Assembly: GCA_012295275.1 (NCBI GenBank)
Contig: CM022677.1
Coordinates: 13,640,001-13,704,000 of the forward strand
DNA from: Chrysomallon squamiferum
Taxonomy: Eukaryota > Animalia > Mollusca
Direction: 5' to 3'
DNA length: 64,000 nt
Shown here: positions 15,720 to 30,769 of the stretch, one piece after another
Layout of the letters: every line of letters begins with the position of its first letter
Position numbering within the stretch: position 1 is the stretch's first letter
Program-made: the position numbers and the translations under genes
The notes under the pieces: generated by a model
Databases searched by the model: none
What the model was told of the DNA's origin: nothing
The model's input: only the letters and a program-made list of their open reading frames with translations

Positions 15720-17572
15720 CCGTGGTGACATCTAATAATATCTGAAAAAATGTATAATACGAAATCGGTACGAGATGGTACATTATGTCAACGGTACAAA
15801 CTAAAACAACAACAAAAAAATGTTTCTACCTTTACAACAATTACTTCTCAGTAGTAGACATCTATGTATCAGAGGCACTGGTTGTTTGACATACTTCCAC
15901 AAATTACTTTTAATAATCCAAATAGAATTGATTGCATTATAAAGGACTACATGTTTAAAAGTGTGTAAACACTGATCGGACTTCGATCTTGCCATATTGC
16001 ATTTCGATCGGAAGTTTCCGTAAGCTCTCGGAAGTTTTTAAACTTCGAAATTCAATTATTTTACGTCTCTTTTCTGAACCTTTTATGATTTAACTGATAA
16101 GGATGGTTGTTCATATTACCAAGCCGTGATCTCCCGCGTCTTTCTTTCTTTTTCAACCAAAATAAATAAAATAAAGAAATGAAATTGATTAAAAAACATT
16201 AAATGAAATAGGCTTTTTACAACAATTCAATAAATAATAATAACACATAAAATAAATAAAAAATATAGGAAACTGGTATTTAAAAGACAAAGAAAACGCA
16301 GGGAATATTAATAAGCTGTTTCTGCCTGCAACAAAATATTATACAGAATTAGTTCTTTTCATCTAAAAGCAGCGACTCTAATTTACCGTCACCTCACATA
16401 TGCGAGGAATAATATATTTCAGAAGTTCCCGGTCTAAGGGAAATAACTCTATTTAACACGTTGGTAAATATACAAAAAAGACTGAGTGTCGAAACAATTA
16501 AACACACACACACACACACGAACGATCACTAGTGGCATCTTAAGTCTCCTGAATATGTTTCATTCACTGAATTTACTAACTTCACTAAAATGATTTTATT
16601 TAAACCTACATATTATTTTATTTTTTTATTTCTGTTTAATTTAATTGTTTCTTTATAATAAATATATCCCTGAAATAACATTTTATTTCCTTTCTTAATC
16701 TTTTCTTTTTCCCTTGTTTGAATATTTTTTCTTTATTATTATTAATATATATATATATATATATATATATTTATCATTTTAAGTAGTATTATTGCAATTA
16801 TTGTTGTTTTTATCGTTAATGTCGTTATGTCAGGTATTGATCTGTCATTATAAAGAAACAATTATCAACAGACAGTTACACACACATACACACACACACG
16901 CACTCACCCCCCCCCCACACACACACACAGAGAAAAGAAAGAGTTTGGTATACCTGTTTGCCTTAGAGGATACGTTGTTAAGTTGATATTACTGAGATGG
17001 TGTTTACATATGTAGTTAAATAATAAGCCGATAGATTTGATAGGCAATGTTTGTGCATGCGTTATAATATAATATCACATTAACCTCGCTTTTCACATCT
17101 TTTCTTTTATTGGTCACATTAATTACGCAGTTTAGTTTTGGCTTGTTTAATTCTATATCTGTCTGTCTGTCTATATATCGATCGGTCTGTCTCTCTGTAT
17201 GTCCGTCTACCTATCTACCTCTCAGATAGTAGAGATATGCACAGGGGTCGCTGTAATTATAACTTCAGTAATTTTGTTATAAACGCTGTAGAAAACATTG
17301 ATAATAAAGCAGCGATGTTATCGTATGTCACTGAGAGAGGTTCAGTGTATACTCAAAATACTGGAGGATCTTCGAGGTTAACATTAATATTAATAACTTT
17401 ATTTATTTATTTATTTATTTTGTTAACTAAGTTAATTATTTGTGTTTTATCTCAATAGAATACTGCGCTTGTCCCTACAAACTGCAACTCAAATGTCCTT
17501 TGTTTTGCAGTAACGAAAACAAAGTTTTCTTGTTCAAGCAAAGTGTAACTCAGTTTTGACCATTCTTCTCAC

Positions 17573-17613
<41 letters not shown>

Positions 17614-18263
17614 GAAAAAGAAAACAAAAAACATTAAGCTTATCCAGCAGAGTAGTTTATATTCACTTCAACATCTTCACCTTTTCCTGTATAGTTTATT
17701 TTATTTATAAAAAAGGATTCAAAATTGTGTCCGGCTTAGAAACTTGTTTTACATGGTAGTGTTTGTAAAACTAATGACGTAATCGAGACCTCGCGTGACC
17801 CGTTGCGTTTGCTACAAATACGTTTTACTCCACGTTTACTACTGAATAAAAAATGACAATTTTAAATAAGAACTATTCACTAAGCAGATATCATACGAAG
17901 AAACCCAGAGTGATCTTGACTGCTCGAGATTTATAGCGTATATGTCAGTTTTTACTCAAGAGAAAAATCCAAAAAGGAATAAAATAATAAATAAATGTCT
18001 TAAGCGAAATAGGAATTTTTCAATAATTAATTAAGTAATAATAATAAATCAAATCAAGCAAGAAATAATGAAAACTGGCTCTTTATCAACTGTTGAATTT
18101 AATATATCGTACCTATTAGAATATTTTGCTCTAAAACATTTATAGAATTAGCCGAATTCATCTAAATGTAGTAAACCGAATTTAGCTTGACATAGCATAT
18201 GCATTAATGGTCTAAGGGAAGTAACTCTGTTTAACATGTTTGTAAATATACAAAAAAGACTGA

Positions 18264-18362
<99 letters not shown>

Positions 18363-18696
18363 TGTACAGATGTACACCATGACTGGTGTTCATTCTAGTC
18401 CTTTGAATGTTTGTTTTCATAAACTCGAACAAGATGTGTATATATATGTGTGTGTGTATATATATATAATGATTATGTCAGATTATCTTTTGCAGGTTGA
18501 TAGACAACAAATACAGATTTTGATCAATATGTACAAAAGAAAAATAAAAACACACAAAGACTTTTTTTTTAAATTATATGAATTATAACAATTTCATTTT
18601 CCATTTATTGTTTTTAGATAAGATGCAATGGGTTTTATTTTGCAGATGTCAGGATTTTAAACAGTTGAGAACAAATAATGTTTTTGTATTAATATG

Positions 18697-19714
18697 GTTG
18701 TAGGAAAGAAAGAAACGGAAAGAAAAAAAACACTACATTTTTACTAAAATTCCTATTTTAAATATGTTAAAGGTATTTCAAACTATTTTTTGTGCCAAAC
18801 AATATTTTTAATGCTTCTTAAATATCCATCATAAATATGCAGCTCTTTCACCCATTAATTATCATTCGCCAATTGATAATCCATCCATATGTTTCACTAT
18901 GTCAATCTGTATCTCTACATCTCTCTAACATAAGTCAGTTTCCCAATTAAGTTGGCCAGAAGAGTTTTAATTGTCATTGAGTCCTTGACCTATCCAATGG
19001 GTTCTTTCAATGTCTCAATTATAATTTTCTTTAAGAAGCCATTCTGTAATTGACCCATTCAAAGGGTAATCCCTTCTCTTTGTGTCCTCAGATCTATCAA
19101 TTTATCTTATCCCTGTATATGGCTTCCCACTTAATTACCCATAATATCAATATAAAAGATGTGAGGGAGCACCATTCCTGAGACTCATTAGTGCCATCGT
19201 TAGAATACATATCACAAATATATCAATAAAATTACTATGGAGTGAGAAAGGTGGATCTAAAATTTGTTATCATGGCCACATGTATATCAAGTTAGCTACT
19301 AGGAAGAACAAGATTTGGTGGAAGTATTCCAAGAAAGTCAGACTTGGTATGTATAAGGGTGCATATACTGTAGATGGTTTTATTCATATTTTAAATTTCT
19401 GAAATGCAATGATGTGTTAATGAACGCGATTTAATTGGATGGGCGGGAAAATCAGTTTACGCAAGCAACACAAGACTCCTCCAGTACCACAGCACCTCTC
19501 TGAGTTCATAGCTACCAGATGAGTGGCAGAAGACCGCTGGCCCTTACCCAGAGCCATTCCTACTCTACGATACTGGACCAGAGACTGTTAGCAGGATCAT
19601 CGCCTTTAGTACAGAACTGGGACTCAGACGTCTGGCCACTGTGACTGCCAGCTTCATGAATGGCGTCTTCTCCATGGCTCCAGCTCAGTTCTCCCAGGTT
19701 TATGTGCTTACGGT
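18697..19714 (+). mobile_element. FLYWCH-MULE transposase relic, copy B
   Basis: 19557-19714 translates FLLYDTGPETVSRIIAFSTELGLRRLATVTASFMNGVFSMAPAQFSQVYVLT. This matches the start of the MULE domain (xDGTF..xP..FxQxYxI), with the first catalytic Asp changed to Asn. Confidence 0.8.
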
Positions 19715-19721
19715 ATTGGTG

Positions 19722-19810
19722 TAATCCTAACTCTAATCCTAACCCTAATCCTAACTCTAACACAAACCCTAACCCTAAACCTAAACCCAACCCTGATCCT
19801 AATCCTAATC
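19722..19810. repeat. Degenerate CCTAA(C/T) hexamer tract (telomere-like); shorter copy at ~58503-58570
   Basis: taatcctaactctaatcctaaccctaatcctaactctaac...ccctaaccctaaacctaaaccc. Confidence 0.8.
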
Positions 19811-21586
19811 CACCCTAGCTTATCTTCTAAATGTAATCCTACCCAAGTCCACAACTTTGATTCTTTCGTTAACGCTGCTGTTAATGACCGTAAAATTATT
19901 TTTCACATTATCGTAACATTGATAATAAAATTTAAATAACCCTCATCCTAACCATAACATACCTTAAACGTAACCTTAACGAAGGGACTGAACTTAATTA
20001 TGATGCTAACACCATTTCTAACTGTGCTCTCAGCTTGAACTTACAGTGGCCTTCAAATGCATGGCCACAACGTCTAAATATCTTATTTTCCAAGCGTTCG
20101 ATTATATGATTTTTTCATATATTTTTTTATTTATTATCATTTTTAATTCTGTCTCTTGTTCTTTTATTGTTTCCTTCTTTTCATTCTAATTATATCTGTT
20201 TTAATTCTATCATAGTTCATAATTTCTATAATAGTTGTAGCTTTCTTTTACATTTTCTTTTGCATGTTTACTCGTTTGTTCCTTTCATTCTCTCATCCGA
20301 GTTCCACATCCCGCATTGTAATATTACTCTGTAGGGGAAGTGTACGTATATTGGTCCTGTGACAGTTCTCAGCCTCTGATTGTTTGAAAGGTGTTTAGCC
20401 ACAACTGTGTGATACCTCGGTCGACATCGTGCATGTTGTGATATTAAAAATAGCGGAAGTTCAGCTACCGCGGAAAAAAAAAAAAAAAAAAAAAAAAGGA
20501 TAAATCTTACTTCAGCCATGTAAATTAAATGTTTTGCTATTTTTTGTATTTGTGTAGTGGTATATAGATGCATATGTAGGATATTATACATTTGTAGGTT
20601 AGGACACAGTCTCTGCATATGGGGATCGAGGAAGTTCGCCTTCTGAAAATTTAGATGCGGTAAAACAAATATGTTCCTTTCGGTTCTGTTTCTTGGTAAT
20701 TTTGTTCATAGAAATGGGTCAACCACCGCTAGGCCTCAGGCTAGACTAGTCTCGATAAACTACTACGATTCCTATGTATGCTACGCATTTTTGTTTTTAA
20801 TTAACGTTTTACTCGTTGATTATTCAGTTTAATAGAATTTTTGAAATGTATGATGCGAATCTAAATGGATTCGGATGTTTTATTTTGCGCGAATTTAGCG
20901 CGACTCCGAGTCGGAGATTCGCGCGACTTTTAAAAGAGAGAGAACGTCACGTCCAGGCTGAAATTCTTACCACGGAATGGTTTTCTTTTTCTTCATCTTC
21001 TTTTTATTATTATTATTACTACTATTACGACTTTTAATTTTTATTATTATTATTTTTAAAATCATTATTACTTTTTTTAATTTTCTTCTTTATATCATTA
21101 TTAACATTTATTTATTTTTGATGTTTGCCAGGCCAAATTAAATTCATCGCCGGCATGGATTTTGCAGAAAACATTTGGAGAAAATACTTTTAAAAACATT
21201 GATGTGAGTGAAATATTATAAAAATTTCAAATATTTCAAGATATATATATTCTAATTATTAAAGTTATTATATGCATCGTCATTTTGTTTGAATTACCTC
21301 AAGTTTCAGACTTTATATAAAACTTATAATTATTCATCAAAAATAGAAAAAATAAATGCTCTGAAAATTATCTATGAAGAAATTTGTGTTTCCCGTATGA
21401 CACTTTTTTCTACAGAATAGTTAGCAAATTCCTGGATAAAACGTGTTAAACGTATTAATATTTTATTACTACTACTATTGTTGTTGTTAAGGTTATTAAT
21501 ATTATTGATATTAACTTTTATCATCGTCATGATTAAAATATGTTAAAAATATCTTATTATTTTATTGTTATTGTGTAATTTTCCAG

Positions 21587-23480
<1,894 letters not shown>

Positions 23481-24457
23481 AAATAAGTTTTGTGAGATTC
23501 TTTAGTTATGGTTCAGGATTTTACTTTAAAAAAATGTACATTGCAAGCCAAAAAATTGTATTATATCTTTTATTATATGAATTTATGAAAATTGTTATTG
23601 TACTGGAAAAATTGATATTTGTAATATGCAGTTTTAGTGTACAGACTGATGAATGCTTTTTCCAATGTAAATATATTTGTATTATTTAAAATGGATGCTT
23701 TCAGGCTTTTAAAGATCCTTATATAATGTCAGTATTTCAGAAGCTGCCAATAAAGAAAGTTAATATTAAAGGATTTTTTAAATGAGTGCTTCTCAGTTAA
23801 ATGTTATGAAGATTTATTTCATCAGACAGCTTATATTGCAGGGTAGACTGGCTCAGTGGTTAGAGTGCATGGCCAAGGTTTGTTGTGTTCCAGGATGAGT
23901 TCTGCATGGAAGACTAATAATATTATCTACCAAAAGAGGTGTATGTTTGTTTTTTGTGGAAAGGTATATTTTAAAAGCAGATTTGTAGTTTGTCAAGGAG
24001 TCAGTTCACATTGCAGAAACATTGCATAAAATACTAAATGAAGTAACAATATGTTTTTTTACAAAATCTGATAGTAGAGAAAAATAAGTTACATTTATTG
24101 TTGCTAATTCTAACAAATATTTCATTAAAAAAATAGATGTCAAAGTCCAAATTTGTCTAACGTTATGGTGGAATTTAAGACTGTTTTAATTCAGCTGAAA
24201 ATTTAGTTAACTTTGCTGCACATTGAGTTTGAAATACAGTGATGTCACTTCTAGCTCTGTTGTTCACTTTAATTTCTGACTATATCCAAGCCAAAATTTT
24301 AAAATAAATAAGTTAAACAAAATTAATAAATAATAATTAATAATAATAAATACAACAAATAAATAAAATAATTATGAAAAGAGATAGAAACACGTGAATG
24401 AGGCAGAGAATTAGACTGAGACAATTTAGAGACAACGAGACAGTGACAAAGACGGAC

Positions 24458-24607
24458 AAAGAATAAACAGAACATATAAATATATATATTTCATTAACGT
24501 TTTACCCAAAGAATAAAGAGAATATATAAATATATATATTTCATTAACGTTTTACTCAAAGAATAAAGAGAATATATAAATATATATATATTTCTTTAAT
24601 GTTTTCC
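24458..24607 (+). repeat. 50-bp tandem repeat, 3 copies
   Basis: aaagaataaagagaatatataaatatatatatttcattaacgttttac recurs at 24458, 24508 and 24558. Confidence 0.85.
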
Positions 24608-24769
24608 TCATCTGTCATACTAAAAATAAAAACCATTCTCATAGATAAATGAGACAATTCCAGTGAAAGTCTGTCACTGTTGTAATTGTGCATAGTGAAA
24701 TTTCTACATATTTTTAATAATGTTTTTATATATATTTTTTAAAAGAATAATGATAAGCACTCAAAAAAC

Positions 24770-25110
24770 ATTACGAATAACACCTTTACGATGACAACGA
24801 CGGCGACATTAAGCGAGATAATAATATGTTTTAATACGGGATGGGCACGGTCAGAAAATACGAATAACATGAATGAAAAACGAAAATGAATAATGATGAC
24901 TACACCAATAACGTTAGGTACGACGGCAACGACGTCGACATCAATAGAAATTACAGTAATATATTTTAATATGTGATGCGCGCGCTCAGAAAGTTTGAGG
25001 AATAATTAATAAAAAGCGCTGAAGACTAATGAAAAGTACTCGAATAAAACTAGGAACAACCTCGTTACGACGGCAATGACGGCGTCATTAATAGAAATAG
25101 TTTTTAACAT
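24770..25110 (+). repeat. ~130-150 bp degenerate repeat with ACGACGGCAACGACG(G/T)CGACATTAA core, 3 units
   Basis: Cores at ~24790, ~24920 and ~25068. An inverted counterpart lies at ~27240-27590 and a direct copy at 63612-63835. Confidence 0.75.
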
Positions 25111-27649
25111 GTAAAACTAACTTGAAAGTACTCAGTAAATAAAGACGAAACATGACCCCTATTTAAACCTCGGATTTAAAACTCCAGTGAGTTAGATCTC
25201 CAGTGAGGTATCCAGTTTCATATTTAGTCATGTTTTTAAAACATCATTCTTTTTTAATTTATATTTTTATATTTGCACTTTTTGTTCGTGCGGTTGTTTC
25301 CCCTATTTTATTTTGTTGTTAATAATTTTATAATTGTTTATATATATATGTTGTTTATAATTTTATATATATATATACAGCAGAACTTTGTGCAACTAAC
25401 GTCAGATACCGCTTCGAAGTGTCCGTTTTAGTAAACGTAACGTGATATTTTACTTTGATAATTCTAAACCGTATAATATGTTGAGAAATGTTAATATCAT
25501 ATTTTATTAATATCGTATATTTATATCAGGTTATATTTAAAAATCTCAGAGTTAATTTCCTGAAATCACGATAGTGTGTACTGATTAGCTGAGAACAAAC
25601 GAATTCAACACGTTATTTTATTATGCAAAATTGAACTTTTTCATTACATTCATTAAAAGGGGTACATCAGCACAAGTTGTATAGGATAATATACTTTACA
25701 TTTCAGATTACACCTGAAGACATCTTATTACATTAGATATTAATACAACCACTCCACCAGTAATAATCTATATAACAATGAAGCAGACACCAACATTGTC
25801 CTGATTTTTTGTCAACAGCAGAACCATAACAACAATAATAATATCTTTATTTCTCATTTTATTTTTATTTTTATGTAAAAACGGAAGCTACCTATGTATG
25901 TTTGACGCTATTCTCTTAGTTTCATTAGAACTGTTCTGAGTACGGATATAAAAATTACTTCGAATTTTTTATTAGGCTGCGTGAAGTTATCAGATAAATC
26001 AGATTTATTCTTAGTGTATTGTTTCTGTCGAGATAAAAACTAAATACTTCTTTTTAAAAAAGTATATAATAATGATAATAATGATTTATTTATAATGTAA
26101 TTACTTGAGAAATCGTGAACTTTTATCAAAACCACAGTTAACTAAAGAATATCGCTATTTGCACTGATAATGTTACCCCAAAATAACCCTTGTTTTATCA
26201 TGTCTCTGTTATTTATATGGCATTTTAACATTATATTAATTAGAGATTATAAGTTATATGTATTGAATAAATATGGAATCTCATTCTCGATTATTAACTT
26301 ACTTTTAGATGTGTTTAAGAAATATTAATGATATATTCTTAATTACATAATTTGTTAGCTGAATTTTAGATTAATTATGTAATTTCATCTAGAGAGAGAG
26401 ATGTAAATTGTGTCGCGTAATATCATGTTACAGCGATCATAAAACACAATATCACATAGGAGGAAAATGTCCCAAAATAAATAGTTGGGTATTTTAAAAA
26501 AGTTATTTGATTCAGATGGTCATTTTTATATTTAATCGTATCAAAATTATTTAAACATATTAAAATATATTTAATCATATCAAAATATACTTAATCATAT
26601 CAAAATATATTTAATTGTTTCAAAATATATTTAATTATATCTGAATATGTTTGTCTTAAACGTTTTATTTGCTACCTTGTAGCCACGTACTTACCTTCTA
26701 ATTAACGGTTCTATTTTGTAAACTCTTCAGAAAATGAAATATATTTCATTATTTTCTGCAAGTGATTATGTGCGTGTATGCGTGTGTCTGTGTGTCCATA
26801 TCTGTCTGTCTGTATAAAAATGTAAACGTATCTTATTTACATTTATTTTGTGAATACGAATGTGTACGTAAAGTGCCTTTTGAAAACTGCGAATGTGAAA
26901 AAGGACTCAATATTTGTATTGAAATGTACGCAAACTAATAAAAATATGTTCCTTATATCAAGTCAGAGATTTTGTTTTATGATTTACAGTCAGCGATCAA
27001 GTGGGTTAAGAGAATTTGCATTATCCTCACTTGAAGAAATCATATTTGTTTCACTCGAGTGATTACAATAATCATGTTCTGTGAAAAAGGGATATATTTT
27101 CAGAGATAGGTTTGATGCTGAAGTGTGCACTTGTTTAACCAACACAGCATGTTTTTCTGAGACTACTGAGTTCAAGATAAATAAACTGTAACGAAAATTA
27201 CAAACAACTTTTCTTGCGTTCAAATCCTATACTAAAATGTATTATTACTATTTCTATTAATATCACCATTGTTGCTATCCTTGTTGCTAGCTTTGTTGCT
27301 GTACATCTCATTATTGTTTTGCGCTTTTTATTAGTCATTACTCATACTTTCTGAGTAAATTGTATTATTTTAATTTCTATTAATGTCGCCGTCGTTGCCG
27401 TCGTACCGGCATAATTCCTAACGTAGTTATTAGAGTGCTTCTCATTATTCTTCTTTGTTTTTTATCACCTATTATTCTTATTTCTTATTTTTGCGCCTGC
27501 TGTATTAAAATATATTATTAATACATCTTTATTATTAGTGTTAATGTTGGAGACGCTGCTGTCGTACCTGTGTTGTCCTTCAAGGCTTGGTGTTTATTAT
27601 TCTTTTTCGCATTTTACGATTCTTACTTACCTACAGTGCGTATCCAGTA

Positions 27650-28582
27650 TTGAAATTACTGTTATTATTACTGATATTACCACTAATTTACTGCTATTTC
27701 TACTAATCTGCCGCCGTTTCTTTATCGATACTATCGCCATTACTACTAATCTCTCACTGTTACTTCAGCAATACTACTTCTGGTACTACTACTGTGTCAC
27801 TGTTACTTCAGCAATACTACTTCTGGTACTACTAATCTCTCACTGTTACTTCAGCAATACTACTTCTGTTAATATTAATCTGTCAGTTACTTCATCGATA
27901 CTTTTGATATTACTACTAATCTGTCACTGTTACTGCGTGAATACTATTGTTATTACTACTAATCTGCCTGTATTACATCAGTGATACTACTGATATTACT
28001 ACTAATCTACAAGTGTTACTTCAGCGATACTACTGTTATCACTACTAATCTACCACTTACTTTAGTGATAGTACTGATATGTCACTGTTACTTCAGTGAT
28101 ACTATCAATATTACTGCTATGTCCCTGTTACTTCAGTGATACTATCGATATTACTGCTAATCTGCCACTGTTACTTCAGCAATATTACTGCTATTACTAC
28201 TAATCTATCATTGTTACTTCAGCGATACTACTGCTATTGTTTCTAATCTACCATTGTTATTCAGCGATACTGCTGATATTACTACTAATCACTTTTACTT
28301 CAGCAATACCACTGCTATTATTACTAATCTATCAGTTACTTCAGCAATACTACGCTATTATTACTAATCTGTCACTGTTACATCAGCCATACTACTAATA
28401 TTACCACTAATCTGTGACTGCTACTTCAGAGATATTACTGATATTACTACTAATCTGCCACTGTTATTTCAGCCATACTACTGCTATTGCTACTAATCTG
28501 TCATTAATATTACTAATATTTCAGCCATACTACTGATATTACTACTAATCTGTCACTGTTATTTCAACCATACTACTGATAT
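27650..28582 (+). repeat. Minisatellite, ~40-43 bp unit, about 20 degenerate copies
   Basis: Consensus approximately tactactaatctgtcactgttacttcagcgatactactgatat. Confidence 0.9.
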
Positions 28583-29112
28583 ATAAATGGAATATAAAAC
28601 ATGCATTATAACTTTAGAAATGTGCTGTTTAATTCTTTACGGTTGTGGTTATCAATATACCTAATGTAATTCCACTAAATCATTAACAACTGAATGTTTT
28701 TGTTTTTTGTGGGTTTTGGGGGGGGGTTTAAGAGAAATCCCCAATATTATTTGAGTCATTTGTCACTTTTGTAGGCAGAGAAGTATAATTATTGCTTGTT
28801 ACCTGGACACAAGACATTTGTTTCACATGCTTCTTGAAGATTCCTCTTCGTATCTGTGCATGTTCGTATCTCAAATCTTATTCTAGTGCCTCTACCACAT
28901 GTTTCACTACAACTACCCAGTCCCTGAAGTGTCCATGCAGACCAGGCACCATCAACTATAAGCGTGAAATTAAAGAATAAATAAATTAATATAAAAATAT
29001 ATATATCACAAATGAATTAAATATTCTTTAATTGCGCTTGAATATTAAATATTCTTAAATATCTTTAAGACAGGTTATTGATCAGATATGCAAAATTATC
29101 TATGAATTAATG

Positions 29113-29975
29113 CAGTGGTTCTCAATCATGTTTTGCCAACGGCACACCTGGCTAAATATATATGAAAAAGTATTTGAATTCTGCAAAATAAAAACATGGC
29201 AAGTCATAGACGGCATACAACCGTACACACAGACTAGTCATAGACACATAGAATAACTCAAACTAAATAAAGAAAAACACAGCTATACTTTATTGCAGTG
29301 TTTCGAATGTTATCAAATAGCTGGCTTCTTTAGTGAGAAATTTGTGCCTGGCTTTTTTTCATAATTTCCTTAGTGTTTGGTCATTGTATGTAATATCTCC
29401 TGCTTCATGTTTTTGGTTTTGCCTAATTCACATATATACGGTTGAAAATTGCAATAAAATTGCTAAAACTCTTTTACATAATATAGGATACACCTCTTGT
29501 ATTGAAATCCAAAATGAATAAATGGGCAGAGTCGAATGTTTTAATTTTAGAAAGTGCTGCCTATTCATCTTCCTCCTGTAACTCAAGTTCAATGTTGGAA
29601 GAATGATTTATGAAAGGATCTCTAATCCAATCATACTTTTCTGTCTTTAATGACGGAAAGTTATTGTTGATGCTTTCGTCCAGGGCTGTCAGATGAGTAA
29701 ACACAATAGGGATCACTTCTCTAATGCAGGTAGAACGCAATAAAATGAACATATAAAGGTTGACAGTGATTGCTCTTTTTTTCCCCAAATCACTATTTTC
29801 TTTTTGAGGGCAACTAACTTGTCTGTTGAAGTGAGAATATTTTCGTTTTTAACCTTGCATTCTACTGTTTGTTTCATTTTGGGATCACGTGGATTTTCGC
29901 ATTTTCTTAGTGTGCCGTTCAAAATTTTGCGGCACACATAGGAAGATCTCGTGGCACACTGGTTGAGAATCACTG
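29113..29975 (-). mobile_element. Non-autonomous hAT (Buster/Charlie-type) deletion derivative, 863 bp, with 8-bp TSD
   Basis: TIRs cagtggttctcaa / ttgagaatcactg. Perfect 8-bp TSD AATTAATG on both sides, with a central TA. Internal transposase C-terminal fragments NENILTSTDKLVALKKKI, YDWIRDPF and FWISIQEVYPILCKRVLAILLQFST (hAT dimerisation domain). Confidence 0.93.
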
Positions 29976-30769
29976 AATTAATGTTATACTGATCATGTTA
30001 TAAGGCAGAATATTGATAAACATTATTTACACCTCAAAGTATTTGTGTAAACTGTTTAACAGATATAAATTGATTGACAAGATAAATATATGTAATTATT
30101 TAAAATCATATTACAAAAATCATTTTTAAAATCTCTAATAATGCTTGCAGGAGGCATTGGATTGGAAAATGGATGAAAAACAAATACAAAATAAATAAAG
30201 AAATGCATAGCTTAATTTATGTGTTTGTTGTGTATGTGTGTTTTTGTATGCAAATGTGTGCACCAACACACACCAATGTAAACACACATCATGGATTCAT
30301 ATATATTGTATTTATACTCGTCAATATTCAGTCGATTTTCAGAAGCTTACCTCTATCAGACAGTGTGTAAGTGCATGCGTGCATGTGTATGTATGTGTAT
30401 TCACGGATAGATAGATAGATCAGATAGATCCTGAAGTCACTATCAGTAATTGCAATATGTGATCACTAGATAAGTTTCTATATTTTCAGTCGGTAAACAA
30501 AAACGATATTACTTTTTTTAAATATTTAATTACCAGTTTAATCTTAAAAGCCCCTAGTGCTTGTACAAACTTCAGCCTGTTTATCAGTAGCTCAATCCAT
30601 ATGCAGGACAGACAGTCGGTGTGTGGGTGACTAGGGCGGGGGGGGTGGATAGGATAAGCTTTGGGTCCCGGACAGAAAAGGTGAGTTGAACACATGCCCT
30701 CCCGCCCTACCCCGACATTTTTCGAGATTCCATTTATCCCATATGGATAATTAGCGTACGTAAGCTGAG

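Noticed and set aside
19560-19790. GLGLGL-rich minus-strand ORF
   Set aside because: Product of the CCTAAC tract, antisense to the MULE relic.
23843-23915. tRNA/SINE-like head TAGACTGGCTCAGTGGTTAGAG
   Set aside because: An A-box-like motif is present, but I cannot see a B box or cloverleaf. At most it is a SINE fragment.
27538-27984. 148-aa hydrophobic ORF
   Set aside because: Read-through of the ~42-bp minisatellite; no start context or family similarity.
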